NCBI RefSeq assembly: GCF_964204645.1
Contig: NC_134032.1
Span: 3,744,175 to 3,808,174 of the forward strand
Length of the DNA: 64,000 nt
Source: Tubulanus polymorphus
Taxonomy: Eukaryota; Animalia; Nemertea
Direction: 5' to 3'
A program made the position numbers and the translations under genes. Below are positions 62,846 to 64,000 of this stretch, one piece after another; position 1 is the first letter of the stretch, and every line of letters begins with the position of its first letter. The notes under the pieces were generated by a model, which saw only the letters and a list, made by a program, of their open reading frames with translations, was not told the DNA's origin and ran no database searches.

Positions 62846-63869
62846 AGAGTTAAAGTCAGCAACACGGAAGCTTCAGCCTGAATATGGGTAGAGGTTAATT
62901 TTGAAAATACAGGAAAAAACAATTGATAGGTCAGTAGAATGTCTGCACTGTTAGAGATAGAATGATGTAATTCTAATTCTGTTTTTCAGTGCAAGTACGA
63001 TGGCGGAGAGAAAACCAGAAATAAATGTAGATAATTCCAAAATAAGGATAGGCGGTAACAATAATAAGACGACAATATCGTCAAGTTTCGAAGGCATCAG
63101 CAGACCTGCTGAGAATCTAGGTAATAATATATGGTTATAACCAGTGTTCATTTGTACAGGTGTGACTTGAGTCCAAATGTAATCTTAAATAGTAAAGTAG
63201 GCAATAAAAAAATGTGTGTCTGGAAATTCTGAAGTAAAAAATGGACCCCTCACCCGAATGTTTTTAATTCTTGAATGAATATTAAACGACCAATGGTCCA
63301 GTGGCCCACCAAACTGTGCGAGGTAAAAATCTGCTACGCTGTAACAACAATGCATAGATAAGAAAAAAGTTTATCAAAAATTGAATCGATTTTGGTCAGT
63401 GTCGACTTTTAATGAAACCGAGCATTATTTGGGCAAGAATGAAATCTTCGAAAGTTTGTTTATGGGAATTTTAGATGCAACAAATGGTCTCAATTTTAAT
63501 ACAACCCGAGAGGGAATGACATAAAATAACTAAAACTACCAGAACGGCATAAGATAAGTAAAACTACCAGGTTACGCGCATCTTTACAACGATTTGTCAG
63601 TGAAGATGTAAGCTTGAACCATGTTGTTTTCATGACTCTAGTCCCAGCGGGCTATTGTGTTCACTTATCGTCCGTTTTCCATAGAAGGTATCGAGTTATC
63701 TTAGTAAGTTTTGCAGACGCTTCCTCGATGGATATGATATTTCATTTGTACAATATACGTTCATCTTCCCGGGATGAATCAAAAGAAAATCCCACTATTT
63801 GTATTTTTATGTTTTGAGCTAGTTTAGGTTTAGAGAATTATTGATAAAATTAGGTTTTCATATCTGAAA

Positions 63870-64000
63870 AACCTGATAGAAGCGGCAGGCAGAGAGAGTT
63901 AGTTATCTGTAAGACCTGATAGAAGCGGCCGGTAGAGAGTTTGTAATCTGTTAACCTGATAGAAGCGGTCGGTAGAGAGTTTGCAATTTATAAACCTGGT
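63870..64000. repeat. Tandem repeat of about 41 bp running off the window
   Basis: Three copies of ACCTGATAGAAGCGG. Confidence 0.8.

Noticed and set aside
1-64000. rRNA or tRNA genes
   Set aside because: None recognised by eye; no covariance-model scan was possible

Overview
Eukaryotic genomic DNA from an invertebrate animal (intronless peptide-receptor-like GPCRs, a spliced phospholipase A2, CR1/BEL/Gypsy/Helentron/EnSpm debris); the species cannot be determined from the sequence alone. The window holds three related, very AT-rich Polinton/Maverick-type endogenous viral elements. (A) 1-14389 is the right part of a near-complete element: RVE integrase with chromodomain, A32/FtsK packaging ATPase, major and minor capsid genes, several membrane proteins, and a protein-primed PolB with an endonuclease VII insertion. 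It carries five single-base lesions. (B) 17322-23263 is an internally deleted copy in the opposite orientation that shows the genes upstream of the integrase. (C) 36685-41078 is a 4.4-kb, almost fully palindromic mini-element with a perfect 6-bp TSD. Two features stand out. First, every intact element end is itself an imperfect hairpin (267, 403 or 90 bp; AGTAATAGGG...CCCTATTACT). Its stem transitions read as G-T pairs on the strand that ends 3' there, which suggests self-priming hairpin termini. Second, almost every viral gene starts at TAAATG preceded by a T-run (structural genes) or an A-rich box (replication genes), as in poxvirus late and intermediate promoters. This suggests a virophage-like element that depends on a cytoplasmic helper virus, with its own satellite. 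The rest of the window is host DNA: two paralogous GPCRs, two exons of a secreted PLA2, and many TE remnants. All alignments and counts were done by eye and need computational confirmation.
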